Shown: positions 8,766 through 18,067 of the stretch, in pieces
Layout of the letters: each line of letters begins with the position of its first letter
Position numbering within the stretch: position 1 is the first letter of the stretch
Virus record (IMG/VR): IMGVR_UViG_3300031991_000011
Location: 1 to 64,000 of that record
Direction: 5' to 3' (one strand)
Length of the DNA stretch: 64,000 nucleotides
Source of the DNA: a virus
Translations under genes and position numbers: made by a program
The notes under the pieces: generated by a model
Database searches by the model: none
What the model saw: only the letters and a program-made list of their open reading frames with translations
Told to the model about the DNA's origin: nothing

Positions 8766-9503
8766 ATGCCCAGCAACGAGTGCTGCACCGGAAACACGGC
8801 CGCTGAGCCGCAGAACGCCTGCCCTGATTGCCCGCTGCGCAAACCCAAGCCTGCGGAGTCGAGCGACATCCTCGATCCGAAGCGCATCGCCGCCGGCATG
8901 AAGGCCATGGGCCTCAACCGGGACGAGCCCTGGCCCGGCTGGAGCAACGGCCGCAAGCACATCGAGAAGGAGCAGGAGAAGCCCAACGAAACCGACATGA
9001 CGGACTTCATCATAGAAGGGCTCGGCCGCATCTTCGGCATGGACTTCGGCGTCCTGGAAGGCAAGGTGATGGCTCACTTCGCCGCGGGCGGCGCTGTGCA
9101 CGGCGGTCGCGAGTACTGGGTCGGCGGACTCCCGCCGTGGTTCAAATCGGAAGAGTGGGTGTCGATCCCGTTCTCGCAGAAGGTGTTGGAGACGGGCCCG
9201 CGAATCCATGACGAGACCGTGGTGGTCATCAACGCCCACCCCAGCCCGGAACTCACTGAGTCCATCAAGAAGGCCCTCGAAGATTATCGGGCCGGGCCGG
9301 GTCGGGGCGTCGCATCGCACTGGCTGAAACCCCGTCTGATCGAGCGAGAACACCCGCTGGGTGGCACGCAGCGCTTCGAGATCAACGAGGCCCGCGATGC
9401 AGTCAGCCGCGCTCGCGCCCTGTTGAAGTCGCTGCCGCCGGTCGAATCAACGGACGACGAAATCTTCGACTGGTCCGACGACCTGTACGATGGCGAAGAG
9501 TAA
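8766..9503 (+). CDS. hypothetical protein with N-terminal Cys cluster
   Basis: ATG 2 nt after upstream stop; NECCTGNTAAEPQNACPDCPL motif. Confidence 0.45.
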   Translation: MPSNECCTGNTAAEPQNACPDCPLRKPKPAESSDILDPKRIAAGMKAMGLNRDEPWPGWSNGRKHIEKEQEKPNETDMTDFIIEGLGRIFGMDFGVLEGKVMAHFAAGGAVHGGREYWVGGLPPWFKSEEWVSIPFSQKVLETGPRIHDETVVVINAHPSPELTESIKKALEDYRAGPGRGVASHWLKPRLIEREHPLGGTQRFEINEARDAVSRARALLKSLPPVESTDDEIFDWSDDLYDGEE

Positions 9504-9888
9504 GACGCCTAAACTCGATGCGGCCAAGTCATGGCTCTCCCAGGCGAAGAAGGGCGAGCGCTATGAGTTTTGGCGAGGCAACCTCGAACGGGCGTGCAAC
9601 ACGCCCGAACAGAACATGTCGAATCAGGAGCGCCGGGATCATCAAGCCGCAGTGAAGGCGGCGCGCCGGGCGAAGAAACCGCTGCCGCTTCCGCCGGACC
9701 CTTACGCCAAGGTCCGCGCCGACGCCCGTGACCTGCAAGAGTTCGTCGAGCACCAGGAGGTCCGGGGTCTCGTCGAGATCAGAGTCACTGTGCTCACCAA
9801 GTTCGACCAGCGCTACGAAATGGTTTGCCTCGTGCAACGCAACGGGCTATCTGCGGTGCGCGCCAGGGAGGGCGACAAGTGGGGCTGA
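9490..9888 (+). CDS. hypothetical basic protein
   Basis: 132-aa ORF overlapping its neighbours by a few codons. Confidence 0.4.
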   Translation: MAKSKTPKLDAAKSWLSQAKKGERYEFWRGNLERACNTPEQNMSNQERRDHQAAVKAARRAKKPLPLPPDPYAKVRADARDLQEFVEHQEVRGLVEIRVTVLTKFDQRYEMVCLVQRNGLSAVRAREGDKWG

Positions 9889-10817
9889 CCTACGTCTCAG
9901 TGTGCAGCGGCATCGAGGCCGCCACCGTCGCGGTCGAGCCGCTGGGTTGGCGCGCCATTGCGTTCTCGGAAGTGGACGGCGTATGCAATCGCTTCCTTCG
10001 CGCAAAGTATCCGAACGTAGACAACCTTGGCGACATGACCGAGGTCAACTGGAGCCGACCCCGCTTCCATGCCAACGTGTTGATCGGAGGCACGCCATGC
10101 CAGTCGAACTCGACCATGGGCCGCTGGCGCCGAGAGATCACGGCCGACATGGACTTCCGCGGCAAGCTTGCGTTCCGCTATCTTCACATCGCCGACCAGA
10201 TCGGCGCCGACTGGTTCATATGGGAGAATGTTGCCAATGTCCTCTCCGTCCGCAAAGGTGAATTTTTCCGCGATTGGCTCGGGACCGCTGCCGGCCTCGG
10301 GTTTGGTGTCGCGTGGCGTGTGCTCGACACCGAAGATTTCGGCCTTCCGACCTCGCGGTCGCGCCTATTCGCTGTCGGACATCGTGGAGGAGAAGGTCTC
10401 GAAAGCCGAGCACTCCTTCAACCTCGATACACTAACCGGCGTCGTCTACCGACTGCTCCGAAAGCAATTCGTGAAGAACGAACCGACGCTGCGGATGGTG
10501 CATTCGATGCTGGCCTACCTCCATTCAGTATTGGGTTCGATGGGGCTGGTATCGGCCCTCGTGGACGCTATGAAGCGCTCCCAACGCTCACTAAAGGACA
10601 TGCCGGACGGTTTGGACTCGTCACACGGGGAGGCGATGTCCGCAAAATTAGTTGCGTCGAGGCTGAGAGAAGTATGGGATTCCCGGACGGGTACACCGAG
10701 GCGGCCGGGCTATCGTTCCGGGAAAGGCACGCAGTGATCGGCAACAGTTTCTCGCCGCGGATCGTGGGGGCCATCGCCGAGCAGATCGACATGCTCTCTG
10801 ATCCAAGAGGGACTTGA
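9879..10817 (+). CDS. DNA (cytosine-5)-methyltransferase
   Basis: C5-MTase motifs: I-like CSGIEAA, IV GTPCQ, VI ENV, VIII TSRSRLF, X IGNSFSPRIVGAIAEQI; start uncertain (GTG 9879 or ATG 9825). Confidence 0.75.
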   Translation: MGLTYVSVCSGIEAATVAVEPLGWRAIAFSEVDGVCNRFLRAKYPNVDNLGDMTEVNWSRPRFHANVLIGGTPCQSNSTMGRWRREITADMDFRGKLAFRYLHIADQIGADWFIWENVANVLSVRKGEFFRDWLGTAAGLGFGVAWRVLDTEDFGLPTSRSRLFAVGHRGGEGLESRALLQPRYTNRRRLPTAPKAIREERTDAADGAFDAGLPPFSIGFDGAGIGPRGRYEALPTLTKGHAGRFGLVTRGGDVRKISCVEAERSMGFPDGYTEAAGLSFRERHAVIGNSFSPRIVGAIAEQIDMLSDPRGT

Positions 10818-10880
10818 CTTGATAAACGAAAGGTGCATATCTCAAGGCACCCGCTATGGGCGTATGAAAGGAAACCAACC

Positions 10881-12014
10881 ATGATGGACGCACAGTCCGA
10901 GCGCATCTACGCGCTTCTCAACAGCCTCTCGTCAAAAACGACGCGCGACACCTTCTCGGGTGGCCGGCAGGTGACTCGCTTCCTGATCCACACCAGCCGA
11001 GATGTCGTCGAAACCCTCCTGGCCTCGTGCCCGGAGAAAGAACGGCGCAAGATCGACCGGGCGCAAGTCGCCAAGTTCAAGCGCAAAGCCCTGTCGGGTC
11101 GCTGGGCGCCGGAACTGGGCGACATCCTTGTTTCGCGACACCCCAACACGAACATCGAACTCGCGGCCGGCAACCATCGGCTTTCCGGCGTGCTCGAAGC
11201 GTATCTCGCCTCTCCGTTGTTCCGCGGCGTGGACATGTACGTCACGATCACGACCTACCAGCATGCGGCCATTGAGTCGAACGAGGCTCGTTCCGGTTCG
11301 CTCGCCGATCATCTCACGATGTCAGATGATTCCGAGTTCGACGCCGACACGGCCTCTGCTGCTTCCGCTGTGATCCGTATCGTCACGGGGCGCATGTTCA
11401 ACGCCAACGGCATCAACGGGCTGGACACCCACCTGGAGGTCGCACTTGCGAACATGATCGACATCGAGATCAAGGATGCCGACACCTTCATCAAAGCTAA
11501 GACCGGCAAGTTGCTGTCGCGTGCATACCTGCTGTTTACGCACGCCATGATGTCGATGCTTGGCGAGCGTGAGGCTGCCGAGCGTTACGTGTGCGAAGTG
11601 CTCGGCGTCGGCAACGTGCGTGGCGGCTCAGCCGGCCAGTTCGTTGCGAACGTGCTGGCGGGCCGCGGCCGAAAGATACAGGCGGTCACGCTCGAAGACT
11701 CCAAGGATCGTTGCGGGCTTGTGCTCTACGGTGCCTTGAAGGAACTCGAAGGCCGCGGCATCACGCAAATCCGCCTGCCCGAAGGCACGTCGATCCTCAG
11801 CTACTCGCTGACCACATGGCGCAACAAGCTGGAAGCACACCCTGACGGTGCGACCTTCCTTGAAGCGGTGAATGAAGCGGTGCTGTCTTGTCGGTCTACC
11901 AAGATGCGCCCGACGAAACGTCCGCGGCGTCGCGAACGCTCTACCAGTCGGCTTAACGGTTCGGCTGCGAAAGCGCACTCGCGCCCCCTTGACGCGGGCG
12001 AGGGTGCCCACTAG
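10881..12014 (+). CDS. ParB/Srx-like nuclease-domain protein
   Basis: IELAAGNHRLSGVLEAY resembles the ParB-like G-x-H-R core; ATG 10881 after GAAAGGAAACC RBS. Confidence 0.4.
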   Translation: MMDAQSERIYALLNSLSSKTTRDTFSGGRQVTRFLIHTSRDVVETLLASCPEKERRKIDRAQVAKFKRKALSGRWAPELGDILVSRHPNTNIELAAGNHRLSGVLEAYLASPLFRGVDMYVTITTYQHAAIESNEARSGSLADHLTMSDDSEFDADTASAASAVIRIVTGRMFNANGINGLDTHLEVALANMIDIEIKDADTFIKAKTGKLLSRAYLLFTHAMMSMLGEREAAERYVCEVLGVGNVRGGSAGQFVANVLAGRGRKIQAVTLEDSKDRCGLVLYGALKELEGRGITQIRLPEGTSILSYSLTTWRNKLEAHPDGATFLEAVNEAVLSCRSTKMRPTKRPRRRERSTSRLNGSAAKAHSRPLDAGEGAH

Positions 12015-12061
12015 TCTGTTCAAGTTCGTCCTTCGGGGCGTTTCCTCCCTATTGTGACTCA

Positions 12062-12095
12062 GGGGCCCGGCGGCAACGTCGGGCCCTTCCTTTAA
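12062..12095 (+). terminator. rho-independent terminator
   Basis: GGGCCCG-loop-CGGGCCC hairpin followed by TTCCTTTAAG; same stem as the 3261 terminator. Confidence 0.5.
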
Positions 12096-12122
12096 GTAGG
12101 AGACACCTGATCCACAAAGGTC

Positions 12123-12536
12123 TTGGAGAGAAACGTGACGACCGATATCCCTGACCCGGACGACGATCCCTACGCATTCAGCAACGGCCTCATTCCCTAC
12201 GACCGCGTGCACGACGCGCCGGCCCCCCGAGGGTCGCAAGGTCGGAAAGAATCCGGCACTCGCCGCACCCTACGGGAAGCCCGAGCCGGCAGCCATCAAC
12301 CTCTCAGACGAGGAGCAGCTTGCGTGAAGCGCGACCCGATGATGGAGCGGTCAGGAAACGTCACCCGACTGACAGACTTCCGTCGTCGCGTGAAGCCGCT
12401 CAACGATAACCACCGCATCCGGTGGTATCACCATGTCCGGTGGGGGGACGTCGCCACCGTGTTCGGTCTCGGGTGCGGGATCGCGTTCTTCTGGTACTTC
12501 TTCGCCCGCGGTGTGTGGGCGAGCTTCGGAGGGTAA
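12123..12536 (+). CDS. hypothetical protein with C-terminal TM helix
   Basis: 137-aa ORF; VATVFGLGCGIAFFWYFFARGVWASF hydrophobic tail. Confidence 0.4.
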   Translation: MERNVTTDIPDPDDDPYAFSNGLIPYDRVHDAPAPRGSQGRKESGTRRTLREARAGSHQPLRRGAACVKRDPMMERSGNVTRLTDFRRRVKPLNDNHRIRWYHHVRWGDVATVFGLGCGIAFFWYFFARGVWASFGG

Positions 12537-12537
12537 G

Positions 12538-13011
12538 ATGGAATCGAAGAGGGGAATGTTCGGCGCGGCTATGGCTGCCCTGGCGTCTGTGATGGGCCGG
12601 GGCGTCGTGCCGGCCGAAGAGATGATCGAAGTTGTCGGCCCCTCGCCGCGGTTCCGCCAGGGGCGCAAAGGTGCCCGCGCGAAGAGCTATCGCCCGAAGC
12701 CCTTGACCAGAGAACAGGTGCTCAGCCAGCGCATGCGGCGTCGGTTCGACCAAGGGCTCCCGGTGCCCGAGCCCGTGCGTGAAGCCCTCCAGGCGGCCAA
12801 GGATCGTCGCGAAGCCAAGGCCCTGCGCCGGGCATCTCTGCACTTCGTCGAGATCAAGCCGCGCCCGGAGGCGGTGCCCGTCGATCAGCCGAAGCTCGCG
12901 GCGGCCCGAGCGTTGCGTCGCCTTGAGCGCTACGTGCGCAGCGGCCGGCCGATCAACAAGGCCCCCGGCCACATCCAGCTTTTCCATCATATCTTCAACG
13001 AGGCCGTGTGA
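12538..13011 (+). CDS. hypothetical basic protein
   Basis: ATG 12538 directly after upstream TAA; ORF 12433..13011 frame. Confidence 0.4.
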   Translation: MESKRGMFGAAMAALASVMGRGVVPAEEMIEVVGPSPRFRQGRKGARAKSYRPKPLTREQVLSQRMRRRFDQGLPVPEPVREALQAAKDRREAKALRRASLHFVEIKPRPEAVPVDQPKLAAARALRRLERYVRSGRPINKAPGHIQLFHHIFNEAV

Positions 13012-13529
13012 TGCCGGTGTTCCCGACTCTGATCCTGTTCGCGTCGCTGATCCTCACAGCGATCATCGCCGTCAAGCTCGCGTACAAGCGTGGCTATCAG
13101 GCCGGCCACTGTGCCGGGGCAATGGCCGTCACCGGGCGGCGTATCCTGAGCGCATCGCACGGCGGCCCGGCTATCGGCGTCGAGGACTTCGAGCGCCATG
13201 CTCACTCGACCGTGCACAGCGATCTCTACGGCACGCCCGATTGGCTGACACACGTCGCGTTCAAGTTCTTCGGCGAGGCCGGCGAGTTCGCGGAGCACAT
13301 CGGCAAGGCGTCCCGAGACGACGGCTGGTCGATCTTCAAGGGCACGGGCGCGCTAAACCCCGAGCGGCGCATGGCCCTGCTCAAAGAACTCGGCGACGCC
13401 CTTTGGTACATCGTCATGCTCGCCCATGAGCTTGGCTCGAACCTGGGCGAGGTCATGCTGATCAACATCAAGAAGCGCGACGGCCGCAAAGAGCGCGGCA
13501 CGATCCGCGGCGCAGGGGACAATCGATGA
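13008..13529 (+). CDS. MazG-like nucleoside triphosphate pyrophosphohydrolase
   Basis: KFFGEAGEFAEHIGK...LGDALWYIVMLAHELGSNLGEVMLINIKKRDGR matches the MazG/NTP-PPase EEXX(E/D) helix pattern. Confidence 0.65.
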   Translation: MMPVFPTLILFASLILTAIIAVKLAYKRGYQAGHCAGAMAVTGRRILSASHGGPAIGVEDFERHAHSTVHSDLYGTPDWLTHVAFKFFGEAGEFAEHIGKASRDDGWSIFKGTGALNPERRMALLKELGDALWYIVMLAHELGSNLGEVMLINIKKRDGRKERGTIRGAGDNR

Positions 13530-13993
13530 CCGCCCAGAAATACAAGAAGGACCACCCGCCCGAGTTCTGGATGGCGAAGGCTGTCGAGTGGGCCGACGCG
13601 ATCTCAGATGATCCACACACCAAGGTCGGTTGCGTGATCGTGTGGCCGCAGAACTTCTTGCGCGGTGCAAACCGCCTGCCCGCGGGTGTCGCGAAAACCG
13701 ACGCGACTCGGTTTGAGCGACCCGAGAAGTATCTTTGGATCGAGCATGCAGAGCGCGAGGCCATTGCTGCTGCCGCTCGCATCGGTCGTTCGACTGCCGG
13801 CGCCGCGATGTACTTGCCGTGGTTCCCGTGCCCCGGCTGCGCCCGCGCCATCGTCAACGCCGGTATCGCCAAGCTGTTCTGCTACTACCCGACCGCCGAC
13901 GAACTCGCAGACCCGAAGTGGAAGTTCGACCGGTCGCTGGCGACCCTGGTCGAGGGTGGTGTCGAGATCGTCAAGGTGGAGAAGCCGTCTTGA
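13526..13993 (+). CDS. deoxycytidylate (dCMP) deaminase
   Basis: zinc-binding HAEREAI and PCPGCARAI motifs of the CDA/dCMP deaminase family. Confidence 0.75.
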   Translation: MTAQKYKKDHPPEFWMAKAVEWADAISDDPHTKVGCVIVWPQNFLRGANRLPAGVAKTDATRFERPEKYLWIEHAEREAIAAAARIGRSTAGAAMYLPWFPCPGCARAIVNAGIAKLFCYYPTADELADPKWKFDRSLATLVEGGVEIVKVEKPS

Positions 13994-14199
13994 TCAAAGG
14001 CCCTCCATCCAACCCGCGAGGTTTCTACGAATACTGTCGTGGCTACACCGCCTTCGCGGCCGGCCAGCCGCGGCCGGCCGTGGACGCATTCAGCGACTTT
14101 GGGATTTATGGTTTCGAGCGACGCGACGGCTGGGACGCCGCCAAGCGCATGGCCGAGATCGCGGCGAACTGGGAGGCTCAGCGTGCGACGAAGCACTAA
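13990..14199 (+). CDS. hypothetical small protein
   Basis: TTG start overlapping upstream stop; 69 aa. Confidence 0.3.
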   Translation: MIKGPPSNPRGFYEYCRGYTAFAAGQPRPAVDAFSDFGIYGFERRDGWDAAKRMAEIAANWEAQRATKH

Positions 14200-14425
14200 G
14201 CGGGTCGAAGATTGTCAGCTATCGTCAGGCCCGGCGCTCGAAATCGTCAGACCGAATCACCGGTGCGACTTCAAGATCGGCGACCGTGTTCGCATGCGCA
14301 CCGGCCTCCAGGAGTTCACGGTCTATGCGATCACATTCTGTGACTGCAACGGCCGCTATCTGATACAGGCCAAGTTCGGGCCCTGCCATTTCTTCCGGTG
14401 GGCGGAGGATGTTGAGCGTGTCTAA
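14183..14425 (+). CDS. hypothetical small protein
   Basis: GTG 14183; C-terminal 80 aa of ORF 14039..14425 is protein-like. Confidence 0.3.
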   Translation: MRRSTKRVEDCQLSSGPALEIVRPNHRCDFKIGDRVRMRTGLQEFTVYAITFCDCNGRYLIQAKFGPCHFFRWAEDVERV

Positions 14426-14624
14426 GCCCGGCCAAGGCCCCGGCACCTACGTGCACCCCACCCTCCTCGACGACTCGATGGCCAGGAAGGTCACACGACT
14501 CTGCCTGCGGGATGGACAAAGCTTCGCCGTTGTGCGAGACGGCCGAGCGTGGCAAGTATGGTGCCCGGAGCCCGACAAGGCCCGCCTGATCGATTTCATC
14601 GAAGTTGCAAGGGGTGAACCATGA
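14409..14624 (+). CDS. hypothetical small protein
   Basis: 71-aa ORF overlapping neighbours. Confidence 0.35.
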   Translation: MLSVSKPGQGPGTYVHPTLLDDSMARKVTRLCLRDGQSFAVVRDGRAWQVWCPEPDKARLIDFIEVARGEP

Positions 14625-15400
14625 GCGAACCGGTAGGTGGTGGCGACCGCGAGATCGAGAGCGAGCCGCAGGCTGGCCTAAGAGAGGGACGCCGCTACAG
14701 CGATAGCGGACCCAAGGTGTCTTTGTACGACATCGTGGCTTTGAATGTCGGCGCTATGGGCTACACGGCCGGCGAAGAGTTCCAAGTTGTCTCCTTGCGT
14801 CGAGACGGCTTGCTGGTGCAGCCCTTGCGGGCTCCGACGCCCTCGCACCCCGTGGTCCTCAAACCTTCTTCGCTCGTTCTGCGCGAGCGCCGCGCCTGTG
14901 TTGCGGCGGTTCCGTTCGATCCGGTTGTGATCCCCGAGCACGCACGCGGGGCTGGGCAGAAAGCAACCAACCCGAAGGACGCCCTGGCAGGCACCAAGCC
15001 CCGCTGGTTCTCATACCTTCCCGTGCGCGTGTTGCTCAGCGTCGGTGTCGCCATGTACGAGGGTGCACGCAAGTACGGGCGCCACAACTACCGGCCCGCT
15101 GGCGTGCGGGCCTCCGTCTATATGGACGCCGTGACCGAGGGACACCTGACCCCGTGGTGGGAGGGCGAGGACATCGACCCGGACAGCGGCCTCTCGCACA
15201 TCGACAAAGCCATCGCGTCGCTCATGGTGCTTCGCGACTCCATGCTGCAAGGCAACTGGGTGGACGACCGCCCGCCTCGCGCGGAAAACTTCGCTGCGCA
15301 CCGCGCAGAGATGACGAAAGTGTGGGCTGAGATTCAGGCGCGACACCCTGACCCTCAAGAGCCTTGGACACAGCGTCGCATCGACGGATCGAAGGAGTAA
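14621..15400 (+). CDS. putative dATP/dGTP pyrophosphohydrolase-domain protein (DUF5664-like)
   Basis: C-terminal KDALAGTKPRWFSYLPVRVLLSVGVAMYEGARKYG resembles the phage dNTP pyrophosphohydrolase N-domain family; recalled from memory, not verified. Confidence 0.4.
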   Translation: MSEPVGGGDREIESEPQAGLREGRRYSDSGPKVSLYDIVALNVGAMGYTAGEEFQVVSLRRDGLLVQPLRAPTPSHPVVLKPSSLVLRERRACVAAVPFDPVVIPEHARGAGQKATNPKDALAGTKPRWFSYLPVRVLLSVGVAMYEGARKYGRHNYRPAGVRASVYMDAVTEGHLTPWWEGEDIDPDSGLSHIDKAIASLMVLRDSMLQGNWVDDRPPRAENFAAHRAEMTKVWAEIQARHPDPQEPWTQRRIDGSKE

Positions 15401-15406
15401 CACACC

Positions 15407-17266
15407 ATGGCCGAAGTTCGCCCCACAAAGCGAGAGCTTGAAAAGCTCGTCAACGCCCTCAAGCGCCACAAGGGCAACAAGACGAAGGCCGCGCAAGATT
15501 GCGGCATGACTCGCGACGCCTTCGACCGCCGGCTTGGCTGGGCGTCGGAGAAGGGGATCAAAATCCCGGAGTTCGAGCCGGTGAAGTCCGGCCCTGTGAT
15601 CCCGGATGAAGAGCTTCACGCCTGCTGGAGCGTCTACGAACGCTACGCCTACAATGCGTCGGCCGCGGCGGAAGCGTGTGGCTTAAAGCGCCGGACGCTC
15701 GAAGATCGCATCAAGACTGCGGTGCACAAGTTCGGCTACTCGAAGAAGCCCATCGGCGTCACGCACGCCCGCTCTGCTCAGAAGCTCGCGCTGCCGAAGC
15801 GCGGCATCATCAAGCGCTACCTGCTGACATCGCTCCAGAACAACACGAAGCTTCACGACGAGACGTGGGCGTCGCTCATCAACCTCGCGAAATACTGGGA
15901 CGCCGAGATCAAGGTCGCCACCTTCACCTACGCCCCGCAGGACGAGGGTTCTGTGAAGCGCGGCACGGACAAGACGAAGTTCGGTTTCAAGACGGCCGAC
16001 CGCTGGTATGACAAGCGCGCCGAGCCTTACATCTCCGACTCGTTCGAGGCCCTGGCCCCCGGCCTCGTGTGGTGCGGTCACTTCAACATCCTGCCGACCT
16101 CTGCTGATCCTCTGCGCGGCACCGAGAACTTGAACGGCCGCGCGTCCGGCATCTGGCCGCACACTCGCATGGAGATGCGGCCCGTCGCGACGGCGCAGGG
16201 CGAGGCGACGAAGTTCAACTGGACGACCGGGACCATCGGCCTGCGCAACTACATGCAGAAGCGCGCCGGCATCATCGCCGAGTTCTATCACTGCTATGGT
16301 TGCGTGCTCGTCGAAGTGGACAGCGACGGCAACTGGTGGCCGCGTCACTTGAACGCCGACTCCGAGGGCGGCATCTACGACCTCGATCTCTACGCCGACC
16401 CGAAGGGCGTGTGGAGCTACGAGGGCGGCATCCCGGCGCTTGTCTATGGCGACATCCACCATGACTCGCTCGACCCGCGCGTGGACAAGGCGACCTGGGG
16501 CCCGGACGGGCTCGTCGATCTGCTGCAACCGAACATGCAGGTGATCCACGATCTGCTGAACATGAACCCGTCGCACCATAATCGGCGCGACCCGCACATC
16601 ATGTATATGCTGCGCAAGCGGAACAAGGACATCGTGTGGGACGAGATCGCGGCGTCCGGCAACTGGCTCGACGGCATCCATCGGACCTACGAAGATGGCC
16701 GCGAGAGCGAGGAGGTCGTCGTCGACTCCAATCACCATCGGCATCTCGACCGCATGCTGAAAGAAGTCGATTGGCGTGACGATCTCACCAACGCTCGCAC
16801 GATCCTGCGCATGAACGATGCGTGGCTCGACGCCATCGACAACGGCCGCGAAGAAGACTTCCAGGCTTACGAGCACGCGATGCGGGCCTTGGGCTACGGC
16901 GAGCATGCCCGCTTCATGAACCTGACCTCTCGCGACCCCGAGAAGCTTTCGGTCATCGTGTGTCCTGAGCGCGGCGGCGGCATCGAAGTCGGCGCGCACC
17001 ACGGCGACAAGGGCGCCAACGGCGCCCGAGGAACGCCGCGCGGACTCTCGAAGCTCGGCCGGAAGAACGTCATGGCGGACAAGCACGCACCGGGCATCTG
17101 GGGCGGCACGTTCGTGGCCGGCATGAGCGGCGATCTCCGCCAACTCTACAACATCGGGCCGGGCGGCTGGGCCGCGGCGCACGTCCCGATCTACCCGAAC
17201 GGCAAGCGCCAAGTGCTGCTCGGCTGGGTCGTCGGCGACGAGATGCTGTTCCATGCCCCGCGATGA
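15407..17266 (+). CDS. large hypothetical protein with N-terminal HTH (619 aa)
   Basis: N-terminal KTKAAQDCGMTRDAFDRRL Fis-like HTH; His-rich central region (GDIHHD, SHHNRRD, SNHHRH). Confidence 0.5.
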   Translation: MAEVRPTKRELEKLVNALKRHKGNKTKAAQDCGMTRDAFDRRLGWASEKGIKIPEFEPVKSGPVIPDEELHACWSVYERYAYNASAAAEACGLKRRTLEDRIKTAVHKFGYSKKPIGVTHARSAQKLALPKRGIIKRYLLTSLQNNTKLHDETWASLINLAKYWDAEIKVATFTYAPQDEGSVKRGTDKTKFGFKTADRWYDKRAEPYISDSFEALAPGLVWCGHFNILPTSADPLRGTENLNGRASGIWPHTRMEMRPVATAQGEATKFNWTTGTIGLRNYMQKRAGIIAEFYHCYGCVLVEVDSDGNWWPRHLNADSEGGIYDLDLYADPKGVWSYEGGIPALVYGDIHHDSLDPRVDKATWGPDGLVDLLQPNMQVIHDLLNMNPSHHNRRDPHIMYMLRKRNKDIVWDEIAASGNWLDGIHRTYEDGRESEEVVVDSNHHRHLDRMLKEVDWRDDLTNARTILRMNDAWLDAIDNGREEDFQAYEHAMRALGYGEHARFMNLTSRDPEKLSVIVCPERGGGIEVGAHHGDKGANGARGTPRGLSKLGRKNVMADKHAPGIWGGTFVAGMSGDLRQLYNIGPGGWAAAHVPIYPNGKRQVLLGWVVGDEMLFHAPR

Positions 17267-17540
17267 TGAACCCGACCGCACGCACAACCAGTACAAGCTC
17301 GACAAGGAGTCGAAGGAGGCGCTGGTTCGTGCGGTGAACCGCATCGAGAAGCTTGAGCAAGAGCGAATGGAAGTGGGAGAGGACATCCGCGCCGAATATG
17401 CGCACCTGAAAGCGGCCGGCTACGACGCCACGGCCATCCGTGAACTCGTTGGGGAGCGCAAGAAGCGGAAGAAACTGGGCGACAAGTTCGAGGAGCGCGA
17501 ACAAATGCGCGACCTCTACCGGGCCGCCCTGGGAGTTTGA
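17253..17540 (+). CDS. GapR-like DUF2312 DNA-binding protein
   Basis: LVRAVNRIEKLEQERMEVGEDIRAEYAHLKAAGYDATAIRELV...DLYRAALG matches the DUF2312/GapR coiled-coil pattern. Confidence 0.6.
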   Translation: MPRDDEPDRTHNQYKLDKESKEALVRAVNRIEKLEQERMEVGEDIRAEYAHLKAAGYDATAIRELVGERKKRKKLGDKFEEREQMRDLYRAALGV

Positions 17541-18064
17541 CCATGGAATCCATCGTCAGCATTATCCTCTCGAACCTCATGGAGTTGATGCCGTTCCGCA
17601 TCGTCTTCAACTACGAGAAGGGCGTCCGCTGGACGCTCGGGCAGAAACCCGTCGCGCTCGAACCGGGGTTCCACTGGTGTTGGTGGCTGTACCACAGCAT
17701 CGAGAAGCTGACCGTCGTCGAGGAGATGATCGACCTCCCGACGCAGACAGTCGTCACGAAAGACGGGAAGACGGTCGTGTTCTCCGTCAACATCGGGCGC
17801 GTGATCATCGACCCCGTGGCGCACTTCTGCTCGGTCAGCGACTTCGACGAGTCCACCATCGCCCTGGCAATGACGCACCTGCACCAGCGCATCCGCGAGC
17901 GCGACTACGACGATCTGCTCGCCAAGCTTCCCGATCTCGAACGCTCGCTCCGCGGCACGCTCTCGACGCGGTTCGCGAAGTGGGGCGCCGAGGTCACGAC
18001 TGTCGGCTTTACCGACTTCACACAGGCCAGCCAATTCAGGCTGTTCCAAGATCAAGGAAAGTAA
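17537..18064 (+). CDS. SPFH/band-7 domain protein
   Basis: LEPGFHW...IDLPTQTVVTKDGKTVVFSVNIGRVIIDPVAHF...LLAKL...WGAEVTTVGFTDF parallels the prohibitin/HflK core. Confidence 0.55.
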   Translation: MTMESIVSIILSNLMELMPFRIVFNYEKGVRWTLGQKPVALEPGFHWCWWLYHSIEKLTVVEEMIDLPTQTVVTKDGKTVVFSVNIGRVIIDPVAHFCSVSDFDESTIALAMTHLHQRIRERDYDDLLAKLPDLERSLRGTLSTRFAKWGAEVTTVGFTDFTQASQFRLFQDQGK

Positions 18065-18067
18065 CAC

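Noticed and set aside
15683-17386. 567-aa minus-strand ORF antisense to 15407..17266
   Set aside because: Arg/Ala/Val-dominated low-complexity translation. The sense ORF has an HTH and protein-like composition.
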